Below are positions 39,148 through 49,253 of a DNA stretch of 64,000 nt, piece after piece. Every line of letters begins with the position of its first letter. Position 1 is the stretch's first letter. Source of the stretch: Acutalibacteraceae bacterium. GTDB lineage: Bacteria > Bacillota > Clostridia > Oscillospirales > Acutalibacteraceae. Location of the stretch: positions 3,008 through 67,007 of the forward strand of contig JAZSCO010000006.1 of assembly GCA_045602965.1 (NCBI GenBank), given 5' to 3'. Both the position numbers and the translations under genes were made by a program. A model generated the notes under the pieces. That model worked only from the letters and a program-made list of their open reading frames with translations. It searched no databases and was not told the origin of the DNA.

Positions 39148-39292
39148 GTTACGGCGATGACGTTAAAGGTGAACTGAATTCATATTTCCAATTCCCCGAT
39201 CAGGTATCGGGATTTATTTTATACAAAAGTTATTGAAATGCCGATGAAAATGGTTTATAATATTACTGTACCTTTACAAAGGAGGATTGACC

Positions 39293-39493
39293 GTGGCAGT
39301 CAGACTGAACGAAGACAGGGAAATCGTTGAAAACATCAAAAAGGGACTTGAAGCAAAGGACGGTTACTGTCCGTGCCGACTTCCGAAGTTGCCCGAATAC
39401 AAATGCATATGCAAAGAATTCAGAGAGCAGATTGCAGACCCCGATTTTGAGGGTTACTGTCACTGTATGCTTTATTATAAATCCAAAGATTGA
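39293..39493 (+). CDS. Ferredoxin:thioredoxin reductase catalytic-subunit-like protein
   Basis: GYCPCR, KCICKEF, GYCHCMLY. Confidence 0.85.
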   Translation: MAVRLNEDREIVENIKKGLEAKDGYCPCRLPKLPEYKCICKEFREQIADPDFEGYCHCMLYYKSKD

Positions 39494-39510
39494 ATATAAG
39501 GAGAATCACA

Positions 39511-39822
39511 ATGTCTGTAAATAAACTTAACTCAAATGATTTTGAAAAGGAAGTTATCAATTTCAGCGGAACGGTTTTGCTTGATTTTTATGCTGACTGG
39601 TGCGGTCCGTGCAAACTGCTTTCTCCGATTATTGAAGAAGTTTCGCGTGAATATTCCAATGTGAAATTCTTCAAAGTCGATGTTGACGCAGACCCCGCAC
39701 TTGCAGTTAAATTCGGCATAGTCAGCATCCCTACGCTCCTCGTTTTTAAAGGCGGAAAACTTGTTTCGCAGAATGTCGGCTACTGCATGAAGGATGTTAT
39801 TGTCAGAATGCTTGAAGCATGA
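39511..39822 (+). CDS. trxA: Thioredoxin
   Basis: DFYADWCGPCK, SIPTL. Confidence 0.95.
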   Translation: MSVNKLNSNDFEKEVINFSGTVLLDFYADWCGPCKLLSPIIEEVSREYSNVKFFKVDVDADPALAVKFGIVSIPTLLVFKGGKLVSQNVGYCMKDVIVRMLEA

Positions 39823-40247
39823 AAAAAAGAATAATTCTGTTGGTGATTGCCGTGTTTTTTCTTTTTGGGTTAACGGGATGTCTTGCAAATGAGCCTGCGG
39901 TTTTTGAAGAAACAACTGTTTCCGCACAGTCCGCAACCTATGAGCAGATAACTCCCGAAGAGGCGAAAAAGATTATGGATACCGAATCGGATTATGTCAT
40001 TCTCGATGTGCGTACGCAGGAAGAGTTTGATTCGGGACATATCGAAGGTGCAATTCTGATTCCCGATTATGAAATCGAATCAAAGGCGGAATCGGTGCTT
40101 ACCGATAAGGACTGCCTGATTCTTGTTTATTGCCGAAGCGGCAGAAGAAGCAAGCTTGCTTCCGAAAAGCTTGTGCAGCTCGGTTATATCAATGTGAAGG
40201 AATTCGGCGGTATAATTGACTGGAAATATGAAATTGTGCAGAGTTAG
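39819..40247 (+). CDS. Rhodanese-domain lipoprotein
   Basis: Lipobox LTGC; LDVRTQEEFDSGHIEGA; VYCRSGRRS. Confidence 0.92.
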   Translation: MKKRIILLVIAVFFLFGLTGCLANEPAVFEETTVSAQSATYEQITPEEAKKIMDTESDYVILDVRTQEEFDSGHIEGAILIPDYEIESKAESVLTDKDCLILVYCRSGRRSKLASEKLVQLGYINVKEFGGIIDWKYEIVQS

Positions 40248-40266
40248 CTCGGATTGAGGCAGTATT

Positions 40267-40731
40267 ATGTTTGATAAAGCAAAAAAACATCTTGAAAAAA
40301 TCGGAATGGACGCTCTCGTGGCGGAGTTTGATGTTTCCTGTGCAACTGTCGGAGAGGCGGCAATAGCCGTTGGGGTCAGCGAAGGAGAAATTGCAAAAAC
40401 TCTCTCGTTTATTGTCGATGAAAAGCCGATACTCATCGTTGTTGCAGGCGATGTAAAAATCGACAACGCCAAATACAAGGCTGAATTTCATGCGAAAGCG
40501 AAGATGATTCCGTTTGAGATCGTTGAAGAGTTAATCGGTCATGCAGTCGGCGGTGTCTGCCCGTTCGGAATAAATGAAGGCGTGACGGTTTATCTTGATG
40601 AATCGCTCAGAAGATTTGAAATTGTTTATCCTGCCTGCGGAAGTTCGAACAGTGCGGTGAAGATGACAATTCCCCAGCTTGAAGAGGCGTCACTTTTCAC
40701 AAAGTGGATTGACGTGTGCAAGAACATATAA
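40267..40731 (+). CDS. YbaK/EbsC family aminoacyl-tRNA editing protein
   Basis: IAKTL, GHAVGGVCPFG, YPACGS. Confidence 0.9.
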   Translation: MFDKAKKHLEKIGMDALVAEFDVSCATVGEAAIAVGVSEGEIAKTLSFIVDEKPILIVVAGDVKIDNAKYKAEFHAKAKMIPFEIVEELIGHAVGGVCPFGINEGVTVYLDESLRRFEIVYPACGSSNSAVKMTIPQLEEASLFTKWIDVCKNI

Positions 40732-40789
40732 ATTGAAAAGCCGTCTGTTTCCGAAGAAGCAGACGGCTTTGTTATTGCCGATGTTATTA

Positions 40790-41431
40790 TCAAAGCTTTG
40801 AGAATCCGTGGCAGTTAATGAGAGCATCGAGCTTTTTGCCTTCTTTGCAAAGAGGACATTCGTGTGACGGGCAGGTGAAATAGCCGTCAAGGTCGTTGGG
40901 GTTGAAAACGGAATTGACGGTATGACCGTCGCATTCATCAACGGTTGCAAAGATTGAAGCGATACCGACAACCTCACCGCCGTAATACTTAACGGCTTCA
41001 ATGGCTGTTTTGGCGGTTGTACCCGTTGCAACGGAAACTGCAAGCACAAGAACGTGCTTGCCCTTAATCATGGGAACGATATTATCTCTGAACAAAAGCT
41101 GACCGTTAGTCATTTCAGGGGTAACAACATAGATGGTCTGGTGAGCATTTATGTTCATAAGATTGCTCTTGGTGAGCTCGTTGGCAAGGCAAGTGCCGAT
41201 AACCTCTGTGCCGTCGAGGCAGATAATCGTGTCAACAATTTTGACCTTATAGTTATAATGTGCGCAAAGCTCCTGAGCAACAGCTTTTGCTTCTGAAAGT
41301 CTGGATTTCTGGGCGGCAACGTCGATATAATAGTTGCTGTGGGAATGGCTTGTTGCAAAATGTCCCTGAGCAACACGAAGGAAAAGATTGTTTCTCTTTG
41401 TTTTGATTTTGGTAATGTTTGTTGTCGGCAT
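40790..41431 (-). CDS. Type I phosphoribosyltransferase-like protein (orotate PRT-like, atypical PRPP motif)
   Basis: GHFATSHSHSNYYID; VLVLAVSVATGTT in place of the usual VDD..TG motif; C-terminal CPLC. Confidence 0.75.
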   Translation of the reverse strand: MPTTNITKIKTKRNNLFLRVAQGHFATSHSHSNYYIDVAAQKSRLSEAKAVAQELCAHYNYKVKIVDTIICLDGTEVIGTCLANELTKSNLMNINAHQTIYVVTPEMTNGQLLFRDNIVPMIKGKHVLVLAVSVATGTTAKTAIEAVKYYGGEVVGIASIFATVDECDGHTVNSVFNPNDLDGYFTCPSHECPLCKEGKKLDALINCHGFSKL

Positions 41432-41518
41432 AAAAGCCCTCCTTGAATGGGATTGTTAATATATTTTACAATATCTCGATGCAATTTGCAATGATTTTAT
41501 GAAAAATGTGTCAGCTGA

Positions 41519-42838
41519 TTATTCTTCCACAGGTTTGTTTATTCCCTTTACAACATTGTATCCGAATTTGACTTTGAATTTTGTTTTGCCCTTTTTGTTT
41601 TCTTCGGTTTTCACAGTGAGAATATCTCCGAATTTAAAGGCTTGTTTCAGGATTTTTGCGGTGTCTTTATTTTCGGTGAAATTCTTTGTCGCAATAGGTT
41701 TTGACCATTTTTCTCCGATGATATCATAGCTGTCATCGGTGAGATTTGCAGGTTCGATTTTGCCGCTGAAAAGATAGATGAGATTATCTCCGCAGCCCTT
41801 GTAATCGCCGACAAACCAGGATGCACCCGTGTCGTTGAGTGCCGAAAGTGAGTAGTCAAGATTTTCTTCCGAGCGGATTTTACAGATGACAAACGGTACG
41901 TTGCGTGATTTAAGCAAATTAATACCGTTGACAAGAGCATCGGTTTCGAAAGTTGTGCGGAAGTGAGAATAGAGACCGTAAGCAACGTTGTCCTTGTGGA
42001 ATTCGTTTTCGGGAGGAAGAGTGTCGGGGTCAAACGGCGCCTGCATGATGATGATGTGATTATCCCCGACGTTTCTTATCGCCTTGTAAATTCTTCTGTA
42101 GAATTTATGGAGAGTATCGAGTTTCTTTTCCCAGTCAGCAACAAAATGCAAAGGTCGGTTGAGAAGGTCGTATGCAGCGACAGCAGGCTCATCTTTATAA
42201 TGCGCCGCAACCTGAGTCCAGAGTCTTATAACAGAGTTTCTTGCTTCAAATCCGTCTTTGCCCGAATTGAAAAGCGCACATTCTTCGCCCGTTGCGCAGG
42301 ATGAACTGCTGTTTTGAAATCCCGGTGCGGAGTGAAGATCAAAGATAACATAGATGCCGAGTTTTTTGCATTTCTCAACAAGAAAATCAAGTCTTTCGAA
42401 ATCGATATCTCCCTTGCAGTTTTCCTTGCGGTAAAGATATCTGTAGCGCAGAGGAATTCTCACGCAGTTTGCGCCGAGCTTTCTGATATATTTCAAATCT
42501 GACGGGGCTATGAATGCCTCGTTATATTTTTTGACAAGCTCTTTTGCTCCGTATCTGCCGAAACGGCTTTCAAGAGAGGCGAAAACATCGTAGCTCTTTG
42601 CGCTTTCATCAAGGTCTGCTTTGGTGAAACCGAAAATGTCATCGTTGAGATTGATGCCCTTCAGAGTAAAACGAGCACCGCATTCGGAAACAAATCCGCC
42701 GTTTTCCGTGCGAAGAAAATCTTCATCGGTAATCGGGCGTGGCGCAATCGCCTTCATATAGCCGTAAACCGTTGGTATGGCTGCAGCCGTAACACCTGCA
42801 GCAACACCTGCCGCAAGAATTTTTTCGCTGTCTGTCAT
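41519..42838 (-). CDS. GH5-like protein lacking catalytic glutamates
   Basis: LKGINL, GANCVRIP, YVIFDLHSAPGFQN, YDLLNRP (canonical NEP). Confidence 0.8.
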   Translation of the reverse strand: MTDSEKILAAGVAAGVTAAAIPTVYGYMKAIAPRPITDEDFLRTENGGFVSECGARFTLKGINLNDDIFGFTKADLDESAKSYDVFASLESRFGRYGAKELVKKYNEAFIAPSDLKYIRKLGANCVRIPLRYRYLYRKENCKGDIDFERLDFLVEKCKKLGIYVIFDLHSAPGFQNSSSSCATGEECALFNSGKDGFEARNSVIRLWTQVAAHYKDEPAVAAYDLLNRPLHFVADWEKKLDTLHKFYRRIYKAIRNVGDNHIIIMQAPFDPDTLPPENEFHKDNVAYGLYSHFRTTFETDALVNGINLLKSRNVPFVICKIRSEENLDYSLSALNDTGASWFVGDYKGCGDNLIYLFSGKIEPANLTDDSYDIIGEKWSKPIATKNFTENKDTAKILKQAFKFGDILTVKTEENKKGKTKFKVKFGYNVVKGINKPVEE

Positions 42839-43263
42839 GCTTGTTTCCTCCTTTTTATATTTTTGCAGATAATAATCAGTGATGTTACTACTGCAATTCC
42901 TGCCGCCGCACCGAGGGTATCAATGACGATATCCGAAATCTGGGCGGCACGTCCTTCAACGAAAAACTGATGGATTTCATCGGTGACGGCATAAGCTGCC
43001 GAAATGATGATTGAAAGAAAGGGTCTGGTGCGTAAACAGGACTGATAAAGCGCATTGTAAATAAGCACCGCAAGACCTGAATATTCAAGAAAATGTGCGC
43101 AGGCACGGACAAATTCACTGTTGAGTCCTAAGCCCAAAACAAAGATAAGATTATCGCTCAGCTGCTGAGAATCATCGCCTTTTTGTGCGGAAAGAATGAA
43201 TATTACAGCCATGCAAATCAGTACAGCTGTCCACGAAATAATTATTTTTACGCTTTTTTTCAT
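42835..43263 (-). CDS. VanZ family membrane protein
   Basis: VRACAHFLEY, YAVTDEIHQFFVEGR, DIVIDTLG. Confidence 0.92.
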   Translation of the reverse strand: MKKSVKIIISWTAVLICMAVIFILSAQKGDDSQQLSDNLIFVLGLGLNSEFVRACAHFLEYSGLAVLIYNALYQSCLRTRPFLSIIISAAYAVTDEIHQFFVEGRAAQISDIVIDTLGAAAGIAVVTSLIIICKNIKRRKQA

Positions 43264-44885
43264 CAGTCAAACCTCTTTGCACCAATGAATGAAACTGTGT
43301 TTTCCGCACCGTGGATTGTAATTCCTTCGATGTCCTCGTTTGTCACAAAACGGCTTGAGCGTGAGCAAAGGGGATAGCAGATTGCTTGCTGAAGGATGAA
43401 GTTTTCGGCAGTGAAGCATCCGCCGAGAAGTTCGCTGTCGCCTTCAACCTGAAGAAGTCGGTCAATAATCATGCCGTAGTCCTCGGACTTGAAACGGAAA
43501 ACTCCGCCTTTCTCGAGAGAAGCCAAAAAGTCAACGGCACTTTCGTTTTCGGACTCAATTCCGGAGAGTGCAATCTGATAGTTTCCGCTTGAAACGGAAT
43601 TCCTGATTTCGTCCGCAGCGGCATTTTCGATTGTTACCGCAATGCTGATACCCATTACCTGCTGCCATATCTGGAGCTGTCTGCGCACTGCCGAATCAAG
43701 TTCTTCGGGACAGATGACGGTGAGGGAGATTTTGCTAACGCCAAGCTCGGAAAGTCCTGTCTTCCATAGTGTTGCCGCAGCATCTTTGTCATAGACGATT
43801 TCAGGAGTCTGCGAGCCGACTGCGGCTCTGTAATTGAGACCGCCTGCCGTGCAGCTTTTGGGTACAAATCCTGACTGCGGAGTACCGTTTATGCTTTCAA
43901 ATTCAAAGAGACTTCTGTTGATTGAGGAACAGAGAGCCTTGCGAATATTTGCATTTTTAAGATTTGAATCCGAGCAATTGAAAATGAATCCGAAAACGGA
44001 ATTTTCGTTTTCTTTGGCTATAACCGTGTTTTCGGGAGTTTTGCAGTCGGGCGGAAGAAGCGCTGCGCCGAGAGTCTGGGCTTCAAGACGGTTGGTGATT
44101 GTTTTTAAATCATCTGTGAAGCTGAAAATAACCGATGAAGGGATAACGTTTTCAGGTCGCACATATTCGTCATTCTTCTTGATGATGAGTTGCGACGATG
44201 AATCCCACGAAGTAATATAGAAAGGTCCGTTGCAGAGAATGTGTTTCTGGGTCAGACCGTATCTGCCGCTCATTTTGGTGTAAAACTCTTCGTTGCAAGG
44301 CATAAAAACACCTTCGCTGAGTCTTTCGAGCATATCATCGCATTTTTCGCGAAGATTGATGACAAGGGTATAGTCATCGGGCGCAGTTACTCCGAGCGAT
44401 GAAGCATCAAGCTTTCCCGAATATATTTCCGTTGCGTTGGTTATGGCAAAAAGTCGGTGAGCAAGGGGTGAATTGATTTCGGGAGAAACCGCTCTTTTCA
44501 TTGCGAAAACAAAATCGTGTGCCGTAACGGGAGCAACGTTGAATTTATTATAGAATTCATCGCCGAATTCTTTTTGTATGACTGTCGGACATTTCCATTT
44601 TGTGTTTTGGTTGAGTCTGAAAGTATAAGTCAGACCGTCGGGGGATATCTCCCAGCTGTCGGCAATTCCGGGGACAACCTCACCGTTTTCCGAAACACGG
44701 ACAAGTCCTTCAAAAACGTTGTTGATAACAATCTGTGCAGAGGTTTCGCCTGCATACTGGGGGTCAAGCGTTGACGGAGATGCGTCGAGAGCATATGATA
44801 TCGACCCGCCTGCACCGTCATCGGAGCATGAGGCAAGTGAGAATATCATTATGAGTGCCAACATTAAAGAGAGAAAACGCTTCAT
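43263..44885 (-). CDS. Peptide ABC transporter substrate-binding lipoprotein (OppA-like)
   Basis: Lipobox LASC; TLDPQ, FEGLV, ISPDGLTYTFRL, VTAHDFVFA, NGPF. Confidence 0.9.
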   Translation of the reverse strand: MKRFLSLMLALIMIFSLASCSDDGAGGSISYALDASPSTLDPQYAGETSAQIVINNVFEGLVRVSENGEVVPGIADSWEISPDGLTYTFRLNQNTKWKCPTVIQKEFGDEFYNKFNVAPVTAHDFVFAMKRAVSPEINSPLAHRLFAITNATEIYSGKLDASSLGVTAPDDYTLVINLREKCDDMLERLSEGVFMPCNEEFYTKMSGRYGLTQKHILCNGPFYITSWDSSSQLIIKKNDEYVRPENVIPSSVIFSFTDDLKTITNRLEAQTLGAALLPPDCKTPENTVIAKENENSVFGFIFNCSDSNLKNANIRKALCSSINRSLFEFESINGTPQSGFVPKSCTAGGLNYRAAVGSQTPEIVYDKDAAATLWKTGLSELGVSKISLTVICPEELDSAVRRQLQIWQQVMGISIAVTIENAAADEIRNSVSSGNYQIALSGIESENESAVDFLASLEKGGVFRFKSEDYGMIIDRLLQVEGDSELLGGCFTAENFILQQAICYPLCSRSSRFVTNEDIEGITIHGAENTVSFIGAKRFD

Positions 44886-47059
44886 TTGTTTTCCTCCATC
44901 CATTTTGCAAGCTGGTCTGCAAGGGGATTGCTTGCGGTTTTCTGTTTTGACTGCTGCTGCATGTACTTTGCAACGTCTCTTTTACCTGCACCCGAGCTTT
45001 CTTTTCTCTTTTCAAAATCGGTGAGTTTTTCTCTGTATCCGCAGACGCAGAAGAAGGCTTTTTTATCGCCCTCGCCGCGCATTTCAAGCTTTTTGTGACA
45101 TTCGGGGCATCTCGCATTCGTAACAACCGAAATGCTCTTGCGGTATCCGCATTCTCTGTCCTGACAAACGAGCATTTTGCCCTTCTTTCCGTTGACTTCA
45201 AGCAGATATTTTCCGCATTCGGGACAAACTTCACGGGTCATGTTGTCGTGTCTGTATTTTGAGTCACTCGATTTTACGCACGAAACAAGCGATGTTGCAT
45301 ATGCACGCATTTCCTCAATGAATTTCTTGTTGTCCGCACCGCCTTTTGCGATAAGTGAAAGTCTTTGCTCCCATCTTGCAGTAAGCTCTGCGGATTTGAG
45401 GTCGGGAGGCACGATTTCAATGAGTTGTTTGCCTTTTGAGGTGGGGAATATTTCTTTCCCTCTGCGCTCAACGCAGAAAGAATCGAAGAGTTTTTCAATT
45501 ATATCGGCTCTTGTTGCAGGTGTACCAAGTCCGCCTGCAGTCTTGAGAGCGTCTTTAAGCGAGCCGTCATCAACCTGACCCGTCGGATTTTCCATGGCTG
45601 AAAGCAGAGTTGCTTCGGTGTATCTTGCAGGAGGAGTTGTTTTGCCGGCAACAATTCGGACTCCCTTGGGGAATACGGGCTGACCCTGCGAGAGAGCAGG
45701 AAGCTGCTGAGAAACGACATCATCGTCGCCGTCGTCGTCATCCGAGAGAGAAGAATCGTAGAGAGCTTTCCAGCCTGCCGATTTTACAGCCTGACCCTTG
45801 GTATAAAATTTATGCTTGCCGATTGTAACTGTGACCTGCATTTCGTCGTATTCAAACGGAGCACTCAGCACCGCAAGAAAACGGCGCACAACCAAATCAT
45901 AGATATGTCTTTCTTCACGGGAGAGCTTGTTAAGGTCAACATACTGCTCCGTGGGAATAATCGCATGATGGTCTGTAACCTTGGCGTCATTGACAATATA
46001 TTTGGTCGGGATGGGTTTTGAGCGCAGAATTGCATTCGCGAAATCTTTGTAAGGTCCGATTGCGATTGCACGCAGTCTTTCGGCAAGAGTTGCGGCAACG
46101 TCTTTTGTTATATATCTCGAATCCGTTCTCGGATAGGTGAGGAGCTTATGGGTTTCATAAAGACTCTGCATAAGTGAGAGAGTCTGTTTGGCGGAATATC
46201 CGTATTTTTTATTGGCATCCCTCTGAAGCTCGGTGAGGTCGTATGCGGCAGGGGGAGCTTTAAATTTATAGGTCTTTTTGACTTCGGAAAGAGAACCTCT
46301 CTGCCCTTTGACCGCATCGGCAACAGCCTGTGCATCTGCTGCATCAAAAAATCTTGCCTGATTGCGTGAATCTTTATATATAGCTGAAAAGCCTTCAAAA
46401 TCCGCTTTGACGGTGAAGTAATCTTTGGGTCGGAATTTCAGAATTTCTTCTTCACGCTTGACTATCATGGCAAGAGTCGGAGTCTGCACTCTGCCTGCGG
46501 AAAGCTGGGCATTATGTTTGCAGGTGAGTGCGCGGCTGACGTTGAGACCGATTAGCCAGTCCGCTTCTGCTCTGCACTGTGCACTTTTATAGAGATTATC
46601 GTACTGCGAAGCGGGTTTGAGTGCGGCGAAACCTTCTTTGATTGCTTTGTCCGTCTGCGAAGAAATCCACAGGCGCATCATGGGTTTTCTGCAGTTTGCC
46701 TTTTTGATAATCCAGCGCGCAACCAATTCACCCTCGCGACCCGCGTCTGTTGCTATAACAACTTTGTCAACTTCATTACTGCCAAGAAGCGAGCTTACCG
46801 CCTTGAATTGTTTGGACGTCTGACCGATAACAACGAGCTTCATATTTTGAGGCAGCATGGGCAAATCTTCCATACGCCATGTTTTATATTTATTGTCGTA
46901 GGCTTCGGGGTCGGCAAGAGTGACGAGATGACCCAGTGCCCATGTGATGATATATTTATCACCGATTATGCAACCGTTGCCGTTTTTCTTGCATCCGAGC
47001 ACTCGGGCAATATCCCTTGCAACAGACGGTTTTTCGGTTAAAACAAGAGTTTTTGCCAA
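44882..47059 (-). CDS. topB: DNA topoisomerase III
   Basis: EKPSVARDIA, ATDAGREGE, SAGRVQTPTL, TYPRTDS, GLGTPATRA; C-terminal Zn ribbons; likely TTG start at 47059. Confidence 0.95.
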   Translation of the reverse strand: MAKTLVLTEKPSVARDIARVLGCKKNGNGCIIGDKYIITWALGHLVTLADPEAYDNKYKTWRMEDLPMLPQNMKLVVIGQTSKQFKAVSSLLGSNEVDKVVIATDAGREGELVARWIIKKANCRKPMMRLWISSQTDKAIKEGFAALKPASQYDNLYKSAQCRAEADWLIGLNVSRALTCKHNAQLSAGRVQTPTLAMIVKREEEILKFRPKDYFTVKADFEGFSAIYKDSRNQARFFDAADAQAVADAVKGQRGSLSEVKKTYKFKAPPAAYDLTELQRDANKKYGYSAKQTLSLMQSLYETHKLLTYPRTDSRYITKDVAATLAERLRAIAIGPYKDFANAILRSKPIPTKYIVNDAKVTDHHAIIPTEQYVDLNKLSREERHIYDLVVRRFLAVLSAPFEYDEMQVTVTIGKHKFYTKGQAVKSAGWKALYDSSLSDDDDGDDDVVSQQLPALSQGQPVFPKGVRIVAGKTTPPARYTEATLLSAMENPTGQVDDGSLKDALKTAGGLGTPATRADIIEKLFDSFCVERRGKEIFPTSKGKQLIEIVPPDLKSAELTARWEQRLSLIAKGGADNKKFIEEMRAYATSLVSCVKSSDSKYRHDNMTREVCPECGKYLLEVNGKKGKMLVCQDRECGYRKSISVVTNARCPECHKKLEMRGEGDKKAFFCVCGYREKLTDFEKRKESSGAGKRDVAKYMQQQSKQKTASNPLADQLAKWMEENK

Positions 47060-47233
47060 AAAAATCTTCTCCAATCGTAGCTGAGATTATAGTTATACAC
47101 CATAAATATATCATACTTTCAACAAAATTACACCCCTTTTTATTATAATTTTTTTAATTTTATTTATATCATTTTTCAAAAAATTGTGATATAATTGCAA
47201 ATCATACGGAAGACACAAAAGGAGATAATGAAA

Positions 47234-48220
47234 ATGAGCATTCGTATCGGAATTATGGGCTACGGAAACCTCGGCAGAGGCATTGAATGCGCTGTCAAGA
47301 AAAACAGCGACCTTGAACTTGTAGCCGTTTTTTCGCGCAGAAATCCCGAAACCGTTAAAATATTGACTGAAACCGCAAAAGTATATCATGCAGATGAAGT
47401 AATGAATTTTACCGATAAAATTGACGTCCTTATTCTCTGCGGCGGAAGTGCAACCGATCTTCCCGTGCAGACTCCTGCGTACGCAAAGCATTTCACCGTT
47501 GTTGACAGTTTTGATACTCACGCAAAGATTCCCGAGCATTTTGCGGCTGTTGATGCGGCGGCGAAGGAAGGCAAAAACGTTGCCGTTATCTCATGCGGAT
47601 GGGACCCCGGTATGTTTTCGCTCAGCAGACTTTATGCCAATGCAATTCTTCCTGAGGGAAACGACTACACTTTCTGGGGCAAGGGCGTAAGCCAGGGTCA
47701 TTCCGATGCAATCCGCAGAATTGACGGAGTTGCCGATGCAAAGCAGTACACCATCCCCGTTGATGCTGCACTCGATGCCGTCAGAAGCGGCTCAAATCCC
47801 GAGCTTGCCGTTCGTGATAAGCATATAAGAGAATGTTTTGTTGTTGCAGAAGAAGGTGCGGACAAAGAAAGAATCGAGAACGAAATCGTGAATATGCCGA
47901 ATTATTTTGCGGATTATAACACGGTTGTTCATTTTATTTCAAAAGAAGAGCTTCTTCGTGACCACAGCGGAATTCCTCACGGCGGATTTGTTATCAGAAC
48001 GGGCAAAACAGGCTGGAACGATGAACACAGTCACGTCATTGAATATAGCCTTAAGCTTGATTCAAACCCCGAATTTACCGCGAGTGTTATTGCTGCCTCG
48101 GCAAGAGCTGCGTACCGCATGAAGATGGAAGGCATGGTTGGATGCAAAACAATGTTCGATATTCCTCCCGCATATCTTTCATCAGAAAGTGCGGAAGACC
48201 TTCGCAAAAGATTGTTATAA
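47234..48220 (+). CDS. ddh: meso-Diaminopimelate D-dehydrogenase
   Basis: GYGNLGRG, CGGSATDLP, DSFDTHA, GWDPG, TFWGKGVSQGHSDA, PHGG, NPEFTA. Confidence 0.96.
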   Translation: MSIRIGIMGYGNLGRGIECAVKKNSDLELVAVFSRRNPETVKILTETAKVYHADEVMNFTDKIDVLILCGGSATDLPVQTPAYAKHFTVVDSFDTHAKIPEHFAAVDAAAKEGKNVAVISCGWDPGMFSLSRLYANAILPEGNDYTFWGKGVSQGHSDAIRRIDGVADAKQYTIPVDAALDAVRSGSNPELAVRDKHIRECFVVAEEGADKERIENEIVNMPNYFADYNTVVHFISKEELLRDHSGIPHGGFVIRTGKTGWNDEHSHVIEYSLKLDSNPEFTASVIAASARAAYRMKMEGMVGCKTMFDIPPAYLSSESAEDLRKRLL

Positions 48221-48268
48221 TTTCAGAAAAAACGGCTTGTATGGAATTAACCGTACAAGCCGTAATTT

Positions 48269-49195
48269 TTATTCAAAAAGGGGAGTTGAGAAGTATCTCT
48301 CTGCCGTATCGGGAAGAACGGTTACAACAGTTTTGCCCTTGCCGAGTTTTTTGGCAAGTTTTATTGCTGCCGCAACGTTTGTGCCGCTGCTGATGCCGCA
48401 CATGATGCCTTCCTTTGAAGCAAGGTCCTTCGATGCCTGCAGAGCTTCTTCGTCGTTGATAATACATACGTCGTTGAAAATGTCAAGATTGAGAATGGCA
48501 GGAATAATGCCGTCGCCGATACCCATCTGAACATGAGTGCCGATTGAGCCGCCGGAAAGAATCGCCGCATTTTCCGGCTCAACAGCCCAGATTGTGATGT
48601 CGGGATTTGCTTCTTTGAGCACTTCGCCGATACCCGTGATTGTTCCGCCCGTACCGATTCCGGAGCAGAAACCGTGGATGGGTTTTCCGACCTGTTCAAG
48701 AATTTCTCTGCCCGAGCCGATACGCTGAATCTCAAGGTTTGCAGGATTTTCGAACTGCTGAGGAACGAAAACTCTCGGATCTTCCTCCTTCATTTTAAGG
48801 GCAAGCTCAAGACATTTTTCGATGCAAAGACCGATGTTGCCGTCGTCGTGAATAAGGATAACTTCTGCGCCGTAATGTTCAACAAGCTTTCTGCGTTCTT
48901 CGCTTACAGAGTCGGGCATGATAATCTTAACCTTATAGCCCTTTACCGCACCGACAAGTGCAAGGCCGATGCCCTGATTTCCGCTTGTAGGTTCAACGAT
49001 AATTGATTCGGAATTGATGATTCCTCTTTCTTCAGCGTCTTTTATCATGTTCATGGCGGTGCGTGTTTTGATTGAACCGCCAACGTTCAGACCTTCAAAT
49101 TTAACAAGGACTTCCGCAGAATCTTCATCGACCATATTGCGGAGTCTGATAATGGGAGTGTCACCCATCGCATCGAGAATAGTGTTGCAAATCAT
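48269..49195 (-). CDS. cysK: Cysteine synthase family PLP enzyme
   Basis: GGSIKTR, EPTSGNQGIG, GIGTGGT, GISSG, PDTAERY. Confidence 0.88.
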   Translation of the reverse strand: MICNTILDAMGDTPIIRLRNMVDEDSAEVLVKFEGLNVGGSIKTRTAMNMIKDAEERGIINSESIIVEPTSGNQGIGLALVGAVKGYKVKIIMPDSVSEERRKLVEHYGAEVILIHDDGNIGLCIEKCLELALKMKEEDPRVFVPQQFENPANLEIQRIGSGREILEQVGKPIHGFCSGIGTGGTITGIGEVLKEANPDITIWAVEPENAAILSGGSIGTHVQMGIGDGIIPAILNLDIFNDVCIINDEEALQASKDLASKEGIMCGISSGTNVAAAIKLAKKLGKGKTVVTVLPDTAERYFSTPLFE

Positions 49196-49253
49196 ATTAT
49201 ATACCTTCCTCAAAGAGTTATGTTACATTATATTTTTAATGCGGATAATCGGT

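Noticed and set aside
38955-39215. Possible 6S or other ncRNA in the intergenic gap
   Set aside because: No convincing long self-complementary structure; better explained by a PP2C fragment plus a terminator-like hairpin near 39195-39212.
42835-43263. VanZ as evidence of glycopeptide resistance
   Set aside because: VanZ-like proteins are widespread and no van cluster genes are present.
43263-44885. Orphan OppA without permeases as a novel system
   Set aside because: Stand-alone substrate-binding genes are common; partners are probably encoded elsewhere.
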